Source: Candidatus Krumholzibacteriia bacterium
GTDB taxonomy: Bacteria > Krumholzibacteriota > Krumholzibacteriia > Krumholzibacteriales > Krumholzibacteriaceae
Length of the DNA: 64,000 nucleotides
Direction: 5' to 3'
Assembly: GCA_963836185.1 (NCBI GenBank)
Contig: CAWIIQ010000001.1
Coordinates: 2,240,001 to 2,304,000 of the forward strand
The notes below the pieces were generated by a model. It was not told the origin of the DNA. It saw only the letters and a program-made list of their open reading frames with translations, and made no database searches. Numbering within the stretch: position 1 is the first letter of the stretch; each line of letters starts with the position of its first letter. Both the position numbers and the translations under genes were made by a program. This document shows, in pieces, positions 10,363-22,796 of this stretch.

Positions 10363-10680
10363 CTATTCCTTCTTTTTCTCGATTACTGTCGCTATCGCGC
10401 TCTTGATGACCTCGACCTTGACGTTCTCCGCTATCTTCAGGACGACGATATGATCCTTGGCATCAGAGATCGTACCGTAGAGGCCGCCGTTCGTTACGAC
10501 TTTGTCGCCCTTGGACAGGTCCGCCAGCAGGGCCGCATGCTCTTTCTGCTTCTTCTGCTGAGGCCTTATGAGAAGAAGGTAGAATACGATGAACACCATG
10601 ATGATGGGGATGAACATCGTGAGCGGATTGCCGCCGCCCTCTGCGCCGCCTCCGGACATCGCGAATAAAAGTGCCGACAT
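10363..10680 (-). CDS. yajC: Preprotein translocase subunit YajC
   Basis: FYLLLIRPQQKKQK, GDKVVTNGGLYG. Confidence 0.95.
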   Translation of the reverse strand: MSALLFAMSGGGAEGGGNPLTMFIPIIMVFIVFYLLLIRPQQKKQKEHAALLADLSKGDKVVTNGGLYGTISDAKDHIVVLKIAENVKVEVIKSAIATVIEKKKE

Positions 10681-10737
10681 GTTTCCTCCCGGGTAAAATG
10701 AAAAACGATACTGTCTCAGCGGAAATCAAGCCGGTCG

Positions 10738-11886
<1,149 letters not shown>

Positions 11887-12945
11887 CTATCCACGGATAA
11901 ACATCACATCGCCGTAACTGTAGAAACGAAACCTTCTCTCCACCGCCCAGCGATACGCGCTGAGTATTCTCTCCCTGCCGGCGAAGGCCGCCACGAGAGT
12001 CAGGAGACTCGATCTTGGCAGGTGCATATTCGTCAACAGAGAGCTGACGACCCTGAACTCGAAGCCCGGATATATGAAGAGATCGGTCCAGCCCGTAAGG
12101 TATTCCGCGCCGTCCACTTCTACCTTCTCCGCACCATCGATGGATCCCGAAACGGCCGCCTCGAGCGCCCGCGTGACAGTCGTGCCGACGGCGACCACCT
12201 TTCTCCCGCCTCTTCTCGCGGAGATTATCTCTTCGAGATAGTCCGTCCTTATCGAGACATGCTCCGCGGAAAGCGTATTCTCCTCGACCACTTCCTTTTC
12301 AAGGGGCCTGAAGGTCCCCGGACCGACATGCAGGGTAACAGGTATCACGGTCACTCCTTTGCGGCGCAGGCCAGCGAGGACCTCCCCGGTGAAATGGAGC
12401 CCGGCGGTCGGCGCAGCGACCGAACCTTCGACCCTGGCGTAGACTGTCTGGTAGCGCCCCCTGTCCACTTCCTCATCCCCGCGCCTTATGTAGGGCGGCA
12501 GGGGGATGTGCCCGAACCTCTCGATAAATCCCGTCTCCGTGATCCCTTCCGGCATCGAGACGATCCATTCGCCGCCGCCCGCCTCTTCTTCGATCTTGAT
12601 CTCATGACCCACTTCGCCGATCAGGACCCTGTCGTTCACCTTGAGCTTCCTCGACTGGCGGCAGAGAGCTCGCCACCTGCCCTCTCCAAGGCGGCGGACC
12701 AGGAAGACTTCGATAGCTGCCCCGCTCTCTTTCCTGCCGAGAAGGCGCGCGGGTATTACCTTCGTGTCGTTGACGACCACGACATCGCCTTCATGAAGAT
12801 ACCTGGGGAAGTTAGTGAACTTCGTCTCGCGCACATCGTCCCGGCTGCGGTCGAGCATGAGCATCCTGCTCTCATCGCGCCGCTCAGCCGGATACTGCGC
12901 AATGAGTTCCTCAGGGAGTTCGTAATCGAAATCGCTTATTCTCAT
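11887..12945 (-). CDS. queA: S-adenosylmethionine:tRNA ribosyltransferase-isomerase
   Basis: DFDYELPEELIAQYP, PLPPYI, AAPTAGLHF, RFYSYGD. Confidence 0.98.
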   Translation of the reverse strand: MRISDFDYELPEELIAQYPAERRDESRMLMLDRSRDDVRETKFTNFPRYLHEGDVVVVNDTKVIPARLLGRKESGAAIEVFLVRRLGEGRWRALCRQSRKLKVNDRVLIGEVGHEIKIEEEAGGGEWIVSMPEGITETGFIERFGHIPLPPYIRRGDEEVDRGRYQTVYARVEGSVAAPTAGLHFTGEVLAGLRRKGVTVIPVTLHVGPGTFRPLEKEVVEENTLSAEHVSIRTDYLEEIISARRGGRKVVAVGTTVTRALEAAVSGSIDGAEKVEVDGAEYLTGWTDLFIYPGFEFRVVSSLLTNMHLPRSSLLTLVAAFAGRERILSAYRWAVERRFRFYSYGDVMFIRG

Positions 12946-12983
12946 CTTGCTTTCCGTTGCGGAAGTAAGGGGCCGCACGGGCC

Positions 12984-14012
12984 CTAGAGGATCCTGCCCT
13001 GCTTTCCATCGCCAGCGGGCGGCTCGGCGCCGATGTGCCTGTAACCGGCATCGGTGACGATCCTCCCCCGCTGGGTCCTCTGGAGCAGGCCTTCCTGGAT
13101 GAGGAACGGCTCGTAAACATCCTCGATCGTGTCGCTCTCCTCGGAAACGGCCACCGCGAGTGAGCCTATCCCCACCGGCCCTCCGGAGAATTTCTCTATC
13201 ACGGCGGAAAGGATCCGCCTGTCCATCTCGTTGAGCCCCCGCTCATCTACCTCGAGCATCTCGAGTGCGTATTTTGCCATCTCGATATCTATTGTGCCGT
13301 CGCCCTTTATCTGCGCGAAGTCGCGCACCCTGCGCAGCAGTCTGTTGGCTATCCTCGGTGTCCCTCTCGAGCGGCCCGCTATCTCCCCGGCTCCATCGTC
13401 ATCGATCGCGACCCCGAGGAGTCCCGCCGAACGCTTTACGATGCTGTACAGGTCATCGGGTGAATAGAAATCGAGCCTCGCCACCACTCCGAACCTGCTT
13501 CGCATCGGAGGCGTGATCATCCCCGCTCTCGTCGTTGCCCCTACGAGTGTAAACGGCTCTATCTGGAGCGAGTAATGTCTCGCGTGCGGTCCCTTGTCCA
13601 CGATCAGCTCGCACTTGAACTCCTCCATCGCCGGATATAGATGCTCCTCGACGATGTGGCTGAGCCTGTGGATCTCGTCGATGAAAACGACATCCCTCGC
13701 CTCGAGCTGTGTGAGGATGCCGAGAAGATCGGCCGGGCTCTGGAAGACCGGGCCCGAAGTGCTCCTTATATGGACCCCGAGCTCGGAGGCGATGATATGC
13801 GCCAGCGTCGTCTTGCCCAGCCCCGGAGGGCCGTAGAGAAGCACATGGTCGAGCTGCTCGCCGCGCCTGCCCGCCGCCTCGATGAATATCGAGAGGTTCT
13901 CTTTTACCTTCTTCTGCCCTACGAACTCGTCGAGCGAGGAGGGCCGCAGAGTAGACTCCGACAGGAGCTCGTCGCGCATGGCATTCGGGTCCGTTATCAG
14001 TTTCTCTTCCAT
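12984..14012 (-). CDS. ruvB: Holliday junction branch migration helicase RuvB
   Basis: [37 protein letters not shown]. Confidence 0.98.
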   Translation of the reverse strand: MEEKLITDPNAMRDELLSESTLRPSSLDEFVGQKKVKENLSIFIEAAGRRGEQLDHVLLYGPPGLGKTTLAHIIASELGVHIRSTSGPVFQSPADLLGILTQLEARDVVFIDEIHRLSHIVEEHLYPAMEEFKCELIVDKGPHARHYSLQIEPFTLVGATTRAGMITPPMRSRFGVVARLDFYSPDDLYSIVKRSAGLLGVAIDDDGAGEIAGRSRGTPRIANRLLRRVRDFAQIKGDGTIDIEMAKYALEMLEVDERGLNEMDRRILSAVIEKFSGGPVGIGSLAVAVSEESDTIEDVYEPFLIQEGLLQRTQRGRIVTDAGYRHIGAEPPAGDGKQGRIL

Positions 14013-14033
14013 GGGATCCTTCCCCGCCCTGAA

Positions 14034-14633
14034 CTAGAGAGAGGCCTTCCTCAGCGCCATCCTTACGATATCCTCTACCGAGTAGCGGGCGGCATCGCCC
14101 TCGAATTCGACCCTGTCGAGGGCCTTCTCGGCATTGCCCCGTGTCAGGCCGATCGACATCAGCGCCGCGACAGCTTCTTCAAGAGTCTCGGGACGGGCCG
14201 CGGGCCCTGCCTGGCCGGCGGTATCTCCCGAGACCTCGATCTTGTCCTTGAGCTCGAGTATTATCCTCTCCGCTGTCTTCTTCCCGATGCCGGGGATCTT
14301 TACCAGGGCGCGGACATCCTCGTCCCGGATCATCCCTGCCAGGACAGCCGCGCTGCCCTGCGACATGACCGTCAGAGCCGCTTTGGGCCCTACTCCGCTG
14401 ACCCCGAGAAGGGCGGTGAATACGCTGCGGTCATACTCGCTTGCGAAACCGAACAGGGTCAGCGCGTCCTCACGGACATGCAGGTAGGTGCTGAAGCTGA
14501 CCTTCTCACCTATCTTCCCGAGCGCTGCGATGGCCGGCGCCGGCACGTGGAGCTCGAGGCCGAATCCGCCCATCTCCACTACGACGCCCGTCTCGGTCCT
14601 GCCGGCCAGAATACCTTCGATAGATGATATCAT
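14034..14633 (-). CDS. ruvA: Holliday junction DNA-binding protein RuvA
   Basis: HVREDALTLFGF, VSGVGPK, IPGIGKKTAERIILELKDK. Confidence 0.97.
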   Translation of the reverse strand: MISSIEGILAGRTETGVVVEMGGFGLELHVPAPAIAALGKIGEKVSFSTYLHVREDALTLFGFASEYDRSVFTALLGVSGVGPKAALTVMSQGSAAVLAGMIRDEDVRALVKIPGIGKKTAERIILELKDKIEVSGDTAGQAGPAARPETLEEAVAALMSIGLTRGNAEKALDRVEFEGDAARYSVEDIVRMALRKASL

Positions 14634-15124
14634 ACATCTCTCCAGACGGGAGCTCCCGCCCTCAGCGCATGGCAGAAAGCGACTGCCAGGGCATCGGTCT
14701 CATCCTCACAGGCCGGTTCATGGCCGGGCCGCAGCAGCCGCACGACCATCGCGCCCACCTGGCTCTTGTGAGCCGAGCCGGTGCCGGTCACGCTTGCTTT
14801 CACCTCGCGGGGCGAATATTCGAATACCTCGAGCCCCGCTTCGGCGGCGGCCAGGATCGCCACTCCCCGCGCCTGCCCGAGTTTGAGCGCGCTCCTGGGA
14901 TTCTTCGCAACGAATACTTCCTCTATGGCCACGGCCTCCGGCTGAAATTCCCTCAGCACCTCGTCGAGCCCGCGCTTTATCGACGCGAGCCTGACCGGCA
15001 TCGGGTCCGCCGCCCTGACCTTTATCGCGCCCGACCCTATATAGACGATCCCGGAACCCCGCTTCTCGACCAGGCCGTAACCGGTGACGCGGCTTCCGGG
15101 ATCTATACCGATGATGACAGTCAA
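14630..15124 (-). CDS. ruvC: Crossover junction endodeoxyribonuclease RuvC
   Basis: IGIDPG..TGYG, AIEEVF, LGQARG, DALAVA. Confidence 0.97.
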   Translation of the reverse strand: MTVIIGIDPGSRVTGYGLVEKRGSGIVYIGSGAIKVRAADPMPVRLASIKRGLDEVLREFQPEAVAIEEVFVAKNPRSALKLGQARGVAILAAAEAGLEVFEYSPREVKASVTGTGSAHKSQVGAMVVRLLRPGHEPACEDETDALAVAFCHALRAGAPVWRDV

Positions 15125-15142
15125 TGCTCCCTCCGGAGGGCG

Positions 15143-15898
15143 CTATATCTGGTCCTCTATCTGACTGAGTATCTCGTCAGTGATATCGAAGTTCGCGCTG
15201 ACCCGCTGTACATCTTCATTATCCTCGAGCGCTGATACGAGTTTGAGCACCTTGACCGCCTTGTCGCTGTCAAGCCCGACGGTCGTCTTGGGATGCAGGG
15301 ATACTTCCGCTACCTGGTACTCTATACCGGCCGCGAGTATTCCGTCCCTGATCCCGTCGAATGCATCGGGCGGACAGAGGACCTCGAAATGGCCGTCCTC
15401 GGACCGGATATCCTCAGCGCCGTTCTCCAGCGCTATCTCGTATACCTGTTCCTCTTCGGCTACGGCCTGGTCGATGATGACCATACCCTTGCTCTCGAAC
15501 ATGTATGCTACGGAACCCGGCTCGCCGAGATGTCCGCCGTGCTTGGTGAAGATATGGCGGACCTCCGCGGTCGTCCTGTTCCTGTTGTCGGTCAGTGACT
15601 CGACGAGCACCGCGACTCCGCCGAGTGCGTAACCTTCGAATGTCGCGGCCTCGTAGACCACGCCCGGCAGTTCACCGGTGCCGCGAAGGATCGCTTTATC
15701 CATGTTCGCCGCGGGCATATTGGCGTCGCGCGCGGCCTGAACGGCTGTCCTCAGCCTCGGATTCGTGTCCGGGTCGCCGCCGCCCTCGCGGGCCGCCACG
15801 ACGATCTCCTTGATAAGCTTGGTGAAGATCTTGCCTCTCTCGGCGTCGGCCTTCCCTTTCTTACGCTTTATCGTGCTCCACTTGGAATGTCCTGACAA
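15143..15898 (-). CDS. yebC: YebC/PmpR (TACO1) family protein
   Basis: MSGHSKWSTIKRKK, TDNRNRT; upstream of ruvC. Confidence 0.97.
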   Translation of the reverse strand: MSGHSKWSTIKRKKGKADAERGKIFTKLIKEIVVAAREGGGDPDTNPRLRTAVQAARDANMPAANMDKAILRGTGELPGVVYEAATFEGYALGGVAVLVESLTDNRNRTTAEVRHIFTKHGGHLGEPGSVAYMFESKGMVIIDQAVAEEEQVYEIALENGAEDIRSEDGHFEVLCPPDAFDGIRDGILAAGIEYQVAEVSLHPKTTVGLDSDKAVKVLKLVSALEDNEDVQRVSANFDITDEILSQIEDQI

Positions 15899-15920
15899 CG
15901 AATTCCTCCAGATGCTGCTG

Positions 15921-17996
15921 TTACTTCTCTTCTTCCTTCTCAGCCTCCGCCTCGGCGATCAGCCTCTGAGCTATATCGTGAGGTACGACCTCATAATGCG
16001 AGAAGGTCCTCCTGTGAGAGGCCTTACCCTGGGTCATCGACCGCAGCGAGGTAGCGTAGCGGTGCAGGTCCGCCAGAGGGACCTGCGCCTTTATCTTCTG
16101 CAGGCTTCCCTCCTGCTCGGTGCCCTGGATCTTGCCGCGGCGTCCCGAAAGGTCGCCCATGATGTCCCCCATGTACTCCTCGGGGACAAGTACTTCCACA
16201 TCGTAGACAGGCTCGAGGATCACGGGCTTGGCCTGCTGGACGGCGGCCTTGAATCCCTTCGACCCGGCCATCTTGAAGGCGGCGTCTGATGAGTCGACTG
16301 TATGGAACGAGCCGTCATAAAGTGTGACCTTGACGTCCTGAAATTTGTACCCGGCCACAACGCCGTTCTTCATCGAATCCCTTACGCCCTTCTCGACAGC
16401 GGGGATGAACTTGCCGGGGATCACTCCGCCGACGATCGCGTCGACGAATTCGAACCCGCCTCCGCGCGTCAGAGGCTCCAGCTTCAGCCAGACGTCGCCG
16501 TACTGGCCGCGTCCTCCGCTCTGCTTCTTGTGCTTGCCCTGCGCCTCGGATGTAGCCGCGATGGTCTCCCTGTAGGGGATCTTCGGCGCGATCATATCGA
16601 CCTCGACGCCGAACTTTCTTTTCAGCCTCCCGAGAATGACCTCGAGATGAAGCTCTCCCTGTCCCGACAGAATCGTCTGCCTCAGCTCGGCATTGTTCTC
16701 GACGGTGAAGGTCTGATCCTCATCGGACAGCCTCGTCAGCCCCGCGCTGACCTTGTCCATCTCGCCCTTGGCCCTGGCCTCGATCGCCGTATGGAGCGAG
16801 GGCTGAGGGAAATCGATCGGAGCGATGATTATCTGCTTCGATTTGGGGCAGAGAGTATTGCCGACCTTCGCCGATTTCAGCTTGACCGCCGCGCCGATAT
16901 CTCCCGCGGGTATCGAATCGGTGTCCGACCTCTCCTTGCCCTGCACGAAGTAGAGCTGGCCGATCCTCTCTGACGAATCGAGGGAGGAGTTATAGAGATC
17001 CTCGCCTACCTTCATCTCTCCAGAAAATGTCCTGATGAAAGAGAGGTCGCCGAGATGCTTCTCGGAAAGCGCCTTGAATACGAATGCCGCGGTCGCTTCG
17101 CCCGGCCCTATCTTTATCTTCTCGATCTCGTCGCCCTTCGCGATATCTATCTCGCCGCGCCAGGCGGGTGATGGAAGCATCGAGGCTATCAGATCGAGAA
17201 GCTGCCGGACGCCGATATTCTCCGTCGCCGATACGGCTACCAGCGGCACGAATGTTCCCGCCAGGCAGGCGACGGAAAGGCCCTGGATGAGTTCCTCGTT
17301 GCTGAGCTCACCGCTCTCTAAGAATTTCTCGAGAAGCGAGTCGTCTGACTCGGCCGCGAAGTCCATCAGCTTCTGCCGCATCTCGTCGACGTTGCCTTCC
17401 ATGTCGGCCGGAACTGCTTCTTCGGTGACCTTGCCGCCGGAAGTGATGAACGCCCTGTTCTTCAGGACATTGACGACTCCCTTGAACGAGTCGCCCTGGC
17501 CGATCGGAAGCGTAAGGGGCACGACCTTGGCCCCGAGATAGCTCTGCGCGTCAGAGACACACTTGTCGAAATCGGCATGCTCCTTGTCCATCTTGTTGAC
17601 GCACACGATCTTCGGATGCTTCTTAGCCTCGAGGAGTTTCCATGTCTTCTCGGTGCCGACCTCTACTCCTGAATCCGCGGCGATGACGACCACGCCGCCC
17701 TCGGTGACCGCGATCGACGAGATGACCTCACCGATAAAATCCTCGTAGCCGGGAGTGTCGATGATATTGATCTTGGCCTTGTCATGCTCGCACCACGAGA
17801 GACCGGCATTGATCGATATCTGCCGCTCGATCTCGTCAGGAGCGGAGTCGAAAACGGTGTTTCCATCCTCGATCTTCCCGATCCTGCTCGTGACGCCGGT
17901 GTCAAAAAGCATCGCCTCGCCGAGGATCGTCTTCCCCGACGACTGGTGCCCAACCAAGACAATGTTCCTTATCATGTCGATCGAAAACTTCTTCAA
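15921..17996 (-). CDS. fusA: Elongation factor G paralog (EF-G2 type)
   Basis: 691 aa; divergent G1 GHQSSGKT, DTPG, NKMD, GELHLE, HKKQSGGRGQYG; not in a str operon. Confidence 0.92.
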   Translation of the reverse strand: MKKFSIDMIRNIVLVGHQSSGKTILGEAMLFDTGVTSRIGKIEDGNTVFDSAPDEIERQISINAGLSWCEHDKAKINIIDTPGYEDFIGEVISSIAVTEGGVVVIAADSGVEVGTEKTWKLLEAKKHPKIVCVNKMDKEHADFDKCVSDAQSYLGAKVVPLTLPIGQGDSFKGVVNVLKNRAFITSGGKVTEEAVPADMEGNVDEMRQKLMDFAAESDDSLLEKFLESGELSNEELIQGLSVACLAGTFVPLVAVSATENIGVRQLLDLIASMLPSPAWRGEIDIAKGDEIEKIKIGPGEATAAFVFKALSEKHLGDLSFIRTFSGEMKVGEDLYNSSLDSSERIGQLYFVQGKERSDTDSIPAGDIGAAVKLKSAKVGNTLCPKSKQIIIAPIDFPQPSLHTAIEARAKGEMDKVSAGLTRLSDEDQTFTVENNAELRQTILSGQGELHLEVILGRLKRKFGVEVDMIAPKIPYRETIAATSEAQGKHKKQSGGRGQYGDVWLKLEPLTRGGGFEFVDAIVGGVIPGKFIPAVEKGVRDSMKNGVVAGYKFQDVKVTLYDGSFHTVDSSDAAFKMAGSKGFKAAVQQAKPVILEPVYDVEVLVPEEYMGDIMGDLSGRRGKIQGTEQEGSLQKIKAQVPLADLHRYATSLRSMTQGKASHRRTFSHYEVVPHDIAQRLIAEAEAEKEEEK

Positions 17997-18061
17997 GACA
18001 ACCTCCAGTTCGTATACTTATCAATTTATATCGATCCGCCCGTGGCGGAAAATACCCGTGA

Positions 18062-18802
18062 TCAGCCTCCGCCGCCGAGGCCATTGAGCATCAGCAGGAG
18101 GACTCCAAGCACCCACACGACGATCGTGGGGACTATAGCGGTCTTCCGGTCTATCTCGTATACGACCGAGACACCGATAGTAAACAGTATCAGGAACCAT
18201 ATCTGGAATATGCTGAAACTCTCCAGCACGGCGCGGAGAATGCCGTCGCTCTCGATAAATCTCGTCAGAGAGAATGAGACCGAAAAGAGATCATCACGCG
18301 AAGTTATATTCTCAATACCCTTGCTGTGAATGATGAGCATCTTCAGGGCCTGCTCGATGAGACCGACGAGAGAAGCGAAGCTCAGCAGGCTGAGCATCTT
18401 CTTGAAACTCGATTTTCCGCTTACGAGATTGGCTGTAACGTTACAGAGCGCCGCGAGGATAACGTATACGAGAAGTATGACCAGCGGCGCCGCAATCAGG
18501 CCTATCATGCCGAATTTTTCCATTATCTCGCCCTGAGCCTGCAACTGCTCCTCGGAGAGTCCTCTCTCGTTGAGCATGAATATCTGCTTGTTTATCGGCT
18601 GCTGAAAATAGGCGATCACCGATGAGGCTATTGCGATGACCAGATACGGCTGCCACCACGGAAGGCCCGCCTTGATCCTTTTGAAGACCTTGACCGGCTC
18701 GATGAATATGTCGATAAGTGAGGCCCAGAATCCGCCCTTGCCTTCGCCGGAGGGCGATACTTCTTCCATCTCCTCGGGAATACCACCCGGGTTCTCGTTC
18801 AT
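18062..18802 (-). CDS. Yip1-family membrane protein
   Basis: IFIEP..VF..IK followed by about 5 TM helices; start placed at MNENP. Confidence 0.75.
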   Translation of the reverse strand: MNENPGGIPEEMEEVSPSGEGKGGFWASLIDIFIEPVKVFKRIKAGLPWWQPYLVIAIASSVIAYFQQPINKQIFMLNERGLSEEQLQAQGEIMEKFGMIGLIAAPLVILLVYVILAALCNVTANLVSGKSSFKKMLSLLSFASLVGLIEQALKMLIIHSKGIENITSRDDLFSVSFSLTRFIESDGILRAVLESFSIFQIWFLILFTIGVSVVYEIDRKTAIVPTIVVWVLGVLLLMLNGLGGGG

Positions 18803-18925
18803 CTTCCCACTCCTTTTGCCTGTGAATAGACCACGGCGACCACCCGTTCGGGTGCCGCCCCGGGATAGGAACAAGAGTTAAAATAGACTACTTTCCGCCT
18901 CCTGTCAATAACCTGTCTCCAGAAA

Positions 18926-18964
18926 GCGAGGAGCCGGCGACCATTAAGGCTGCCGGCTCCTCGC
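18926..18964 (-). terminator. Intrinsic terminator downstream of the PDZ gene
   Basis: GCGAGGAGCCGGC...GCCGGCTCCTCGC inverted repeat with a short T tail on the minus strand. Confidence 0.7.
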
Positions 18965-18986
18965 TACGCTGGAATTTGCCCTGTCC

Positions 18987-20070
18987 TCAATCGTTTTTAT
19001 CTATCTCTTCAAGCTTCTTCTGAAGCTTCTCCATCTCCTTCTCGAGAGCCTCGAGCTTGGCCTCGACCTTCTCCTGCTCCATGCTCTGGATCTTGTACTT
19101 CTTGATCATGGGCTCTTTCATCATCTTGAGATGCTTCATCTCCTCCATCTGCGGCCCCTTGATGAAGAATTCCTTGTGCATCGCGAAATCGTCATCGAGT
19201 TCGATATCGAACGTCTTGGTCTTGCCGTTCCGCATCACCGTGACTGCCACGTTCATGTCGATCGTGACGTCTACCTCGGCCTCGTCATCATCCTCTTCCA
19301 CCTCGACATGCACCTCGTTGATCGCCTCGAAGACATCGTCGATCTCCTCTATCTCCTCATCGCCGATCTTCACGATCACGTCGCCTGCCTTGATACCGGC
19401 CTCCTCGGCCGGAGAATCCTCGAAGACCTTCAGGACGAGCACTCCTTCACCCTCCTTGACCTTGAAGTAGGGAGCGAGGTCCTCGTCGAGCTCATGAAGC
19501 TGCACGCCCATCCTGCCGCGGCCGCCGTAGACCGAGAAAGCGTTTCCCGTCGAGGTGACCCATACGTTCCCACCCTTGCCGAGGGTGTTGTAATGCATGT
19601 TTTTCGACATATCATCGTAATCATCTATATCTATCGTCACGTATGCTGTCTTCTTCTCCCCGAGTGCGAGATCGAAACTCTTCTTCCTGCCGTCTCGGTA
19701 GACGACGACCTTGACCTCATCGCCCGGCTCCTTCGATCCGATGAGCTTGCCCAGTTCCTTTCGAATCCTTTACCTTTTCGCCGGCTATCGAATAGATGAC
19801 GTCATGCTTCTCCAGCCCTGCCTCCTCAGCGGGACTGTCATCGACGATTCCGGTGACAAGGACCCCCGTCGATTTGGGGTAATCGAATTTTTTGATCATT
19901 TCCTTGTCGAGATCTTCCATGTAGATACCGAGAAATGCTCCCTTTTCCTCGATCTTTTTAATGTTCTTGTCCTCGATCACGATCGTCTTCTGCTCCGCGA
20001 AAGCGAAGGCCGTCAACGAAAGTGAGACCGCCACGAAAATTGCCAGTGAAAGTATCGCTAATTTCCTCAT
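18987..20070 (-). CDS. Secreted tandem-PDZ domain protein (frameshift near 19760)
   Basis: Signal peptide MRKLAILSL; two PDZ units (GAFLGI..DSPAEEAGL and GRMGVQ..DSPAEEAGIKAGDVI); the frames join if one A is removed from tcgaaaggaa. Confidence 0.8.
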
Positions 20071-20174
20071 CTCCGCCGGCCGCTTTTCCTGGCGACCGAT
20101 CACCTCCTCAGGGGCACAATGGAAAGGGCAGTGACTCTCTTCTCCCCCATATATCCCGGAGCCGGTAAAAAGTT

Positions 20175-21357
20175 TCAGGTTTTTATGGATATTTTCAGGA
20201 TGAAGGCTGCCCGTTCCGGTTCGATCAGCTCTTCGTAGACAGAGACGGTCCGGCTTCCCCATATCTCAAGGTCGAAGTACTCCATCGCCCTGACCCTGGC
20301 GCATCTTCCCAGCTCAGCGCGCAGGGCTGGATCAGCGGCAAGCCGTTCCATGACACCGGTGAGCCCCCCGAGGTCTCCGGATTCGAACATGCTCCCGCAA
20401 TCGCCCAGCAGCTCCGGCATCCCGCCGACCCTGCTGGCTGCACAGGCGAGGCCGCAGGACATCGCTTCGAGCATCGCCATAGGGATCCCTTCCGTCAGGG
20501 ACGGGAGCACGAAAAGGTCGAGCAGCGGAAGATACTCCTCGGGTCTGTCGCTGTGCCCCGGAAGCGAGACGGCCGTCCCGATCTGAAGGTTCGAGACAAG
20601 TCCCTCGAGCTCTTCTCTCGACTGTCCCTCACCGACTATGATCAACCTCGCGGTATCGACTCCCGAGGATACGAGGGAAGCAAAGGCCTTCAGCAGCAGG
20701 GGAAAGTTCTTTACAGGTTTGAGTCCGCTGACCGATCCGATAAGACAGGCTATCCTCACCGCCCCCGGCAGGGAAATGCTCATCGAACATCCGGTTCCTC
20801 TCACTCTTCCTCAGCGCGGGATCGAGCGGCCGGAACCTCGATGTATCGACGCCATTCGGTATGACTACGACCGAATCAGGGGAAGCGCCGATCTTCAGCG
20901 CCTCCTCCGCGGCTCCTGAGCTGACAGCGATCACACGCCTGCGTCCATCTGCCCGCGAACGCCGCAGCGATCCTTCTCGGATCCATTGAACTCGAGGCCG
21001 GAACTGTGCCTCGTGACGACAAGCGGCAGGCCTGAAGCCGACGATGCGAAGGCGGCGACGATCTCGGCATGATACATATGGGCATGAATGATATCCGGGG
21101 CAGCGGCAGTCACGATCTCCCGTATCCTTTTCCTTACTGCCGGACGCGCGATATCGCGGAGTGACCCTATCCTCAGCTCATCGATCGAGACACCCAGCTC
21201 TTCAAATCGGCCCCTCAGTCCCACCGTCCATATCGAGGGTACAGACCGACACGCGGATCCCCTGTCCGGTGAGGTACCGGCACAGGTTGAGAAGATGCAG
21301 CTCGGCGCCGCCAGTGTGGAGTGAAGTAACGAAGAACAGGATATTGCGGGGTATCAT
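20175..21357 (-). CDS. GT4 family glycosyltransferase (about 3 frameshifts)
   Basis: Pieces in successive frames: GGAELHL, PDIIHAH, IAVS..VIPNGVD, FVLPSLTEGIPMAMLEAM. Confidence 0.8.
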
Positions 21358-21419
21358 ATCGGAATCGTCACGTGATCCGTTCATACTTCTCGACCGGATC
21401 GGAGGTCTTCTTTCTTCCC

Positions 21420-22610
21420 TCAATTACCTTCAGTACCGGCTCGACAAAGGAATTCTCCTCGACATATCCTCGTCGTCTCGGCCTTTTCCCACGAAGAGAG
21501 CCGCCCGCCCGAAAGATATTTGAATATGGCCGCCATGGCCGCGGCATTTACCATCACGAAATAGAAAGGCACGAAGAAAATCTTCGTCCTGACCCTTCCC
21601 CTTCTCAGGATGGCGCCGATCGCAGCGAAGATGTAGAAGAGATTCTGCAGCGCGAAGAAGACCGCGAAGAAAGGCTCGCGGACAAGAAAGAGGCTGGCAA
21701 TGTAGACTACTGGAAGCGCCGCGCCGACACACCATCTGAGCAGCTTCCTCGAAACGAACTGGAACGATCGAAGCTTCCCTCCGAAATTGTGCCGCAGGTG
21801 GCTGTACCCGGTCAGTCCCCTTACGACGATCCGGCGCTTGCGGCTGAATTCCTCTCTGAAGAAATAGGTAGAGCGCTCGAAGGCGACGGCATCAGGTTCG
21901 TAGACAACGCCGTACCCCTGAGAGGCTACCTCGGCGGGTATCTGGAAATCGTTGGCGACATCCTTCAGGACGGGCCTGAACAGTTCCCTGCGGATCGCAA
22001 ATATCGTCCCGGTCGCGACAAGTACCGAGCCGAGCCTGCTCTCGAGCCTGTTGAGCAGCCCCTCGTAACGCCAGTAGAGGCTCTCGCCCTTGCCGACGTA
22101 AGATTCGTTATCGAGGTATACCAGCCTTCCTACTACGCATCCTGTCTCCTCGACATCGAAATTCCTGACGAGCTTGAGCAGTGCGTCTTCCTTGTAGAAG
22201 GCATTGGCGTCCGAGAATACCAGCACATCTTCCTCGATGCCGAGCACGGTCTTCGTCAGGGTCGCGCTCTTTCCCTCGCGCCGCGCGAAAGCCTTCAGGA
22301 CCACACCGCTGCTCTCGTATTCACCGACGATATCGTTCGTCCCGTCCTCCGAACCATCGCTCGAAACTATGATCTTGAGCCGGTCCCTGGGATAATCGAG
22401 TTTAAGGCAGTTTTCGATCTTCTCCCGGATTATCCTCTCCTCGTTATGAGCGGAGACGATCAGCGCGATCGTAGGCAGCTGATCTCCTCCACTGCCGCGG
22501 CGGCGCGGCGCGAAGATACCCAGGAACGCCAGGATCAGGGGGTATCCGGCGTAGATATACGCTGTGAGCGCAATGATGGTAAAGACTAGAATCTTCAGGA
22601 AAGTATCCAT
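21420..22610 (-). CDS. GT2 family processive-type glycosyltransferase (PgaC/cellulose synthase-like)
   Basis: AHNEE, SDGSEDGT, GK, VFSDAN, ND and RRIVVRG motifs with flanking TMs; the true C-terminus is probably frameshifted. Confidence 0.88.
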   Translation of the reverse strand: MDTFLKILVFTIIALTAYIYAGYPLILAFLGIFAPRRRGSGGDQLPTIALIVSAHNEERIIREKIENCLKLDYPRDRLKIIVSSDGSEDGTNDIVGEYESSGVVLKAFARREGKSATLTKTVLGIEEDVLVFSDANAFYKEDALLKLVRNFDVEETGCVVGRLVYLDNESYVGKGESLYWRYEGLLNRLESRLGSVLVATGTIFAIRRELFRPVLKDVANDFQIPAEVASQGYGVVYEPDAVAFERSTYFFREEFSRKRRIVVRGLTGYSHLRHNFGGKLRSFQFVSRKLLRWCVGAALPVVYIASLFLVREPFFAVFFALQNLFYIFAAIGAILRRGRVRTKIFFVPFYFVMVNAAAMAAIFKYLSGGRLSSWEKAETTRICRGEFLCRAGTEGN

Positions 22611-22692
22611 TTCCCCGTTTCCCCCGTATAAGCGAAGTCATGTATTGATAACACACAACGGAAAATCTTCAAGGATAAAACCTTCCGCATAT

Positions 22693-22766
22693 AAAAAAAC
22701 GCGTTACCCGTTTTTCCGTACTTCGGGCCGCGCTCGACGGATGACAATACGGAAAAACAATAACGC
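22693..22766 (-). terminator. Terminator-like hairpin in the leader of the GT2-GT4 genes
   Basis: GCGTTA..GTTTTTCCGTA / TACGGAAAAAC..TAACGC inverted repeat followed by T7 on the minus strand. Confidence 0.7.
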
Positions 22767-22796
22767 TTGCTCTATATGACTCCTTTTTCATTACTC

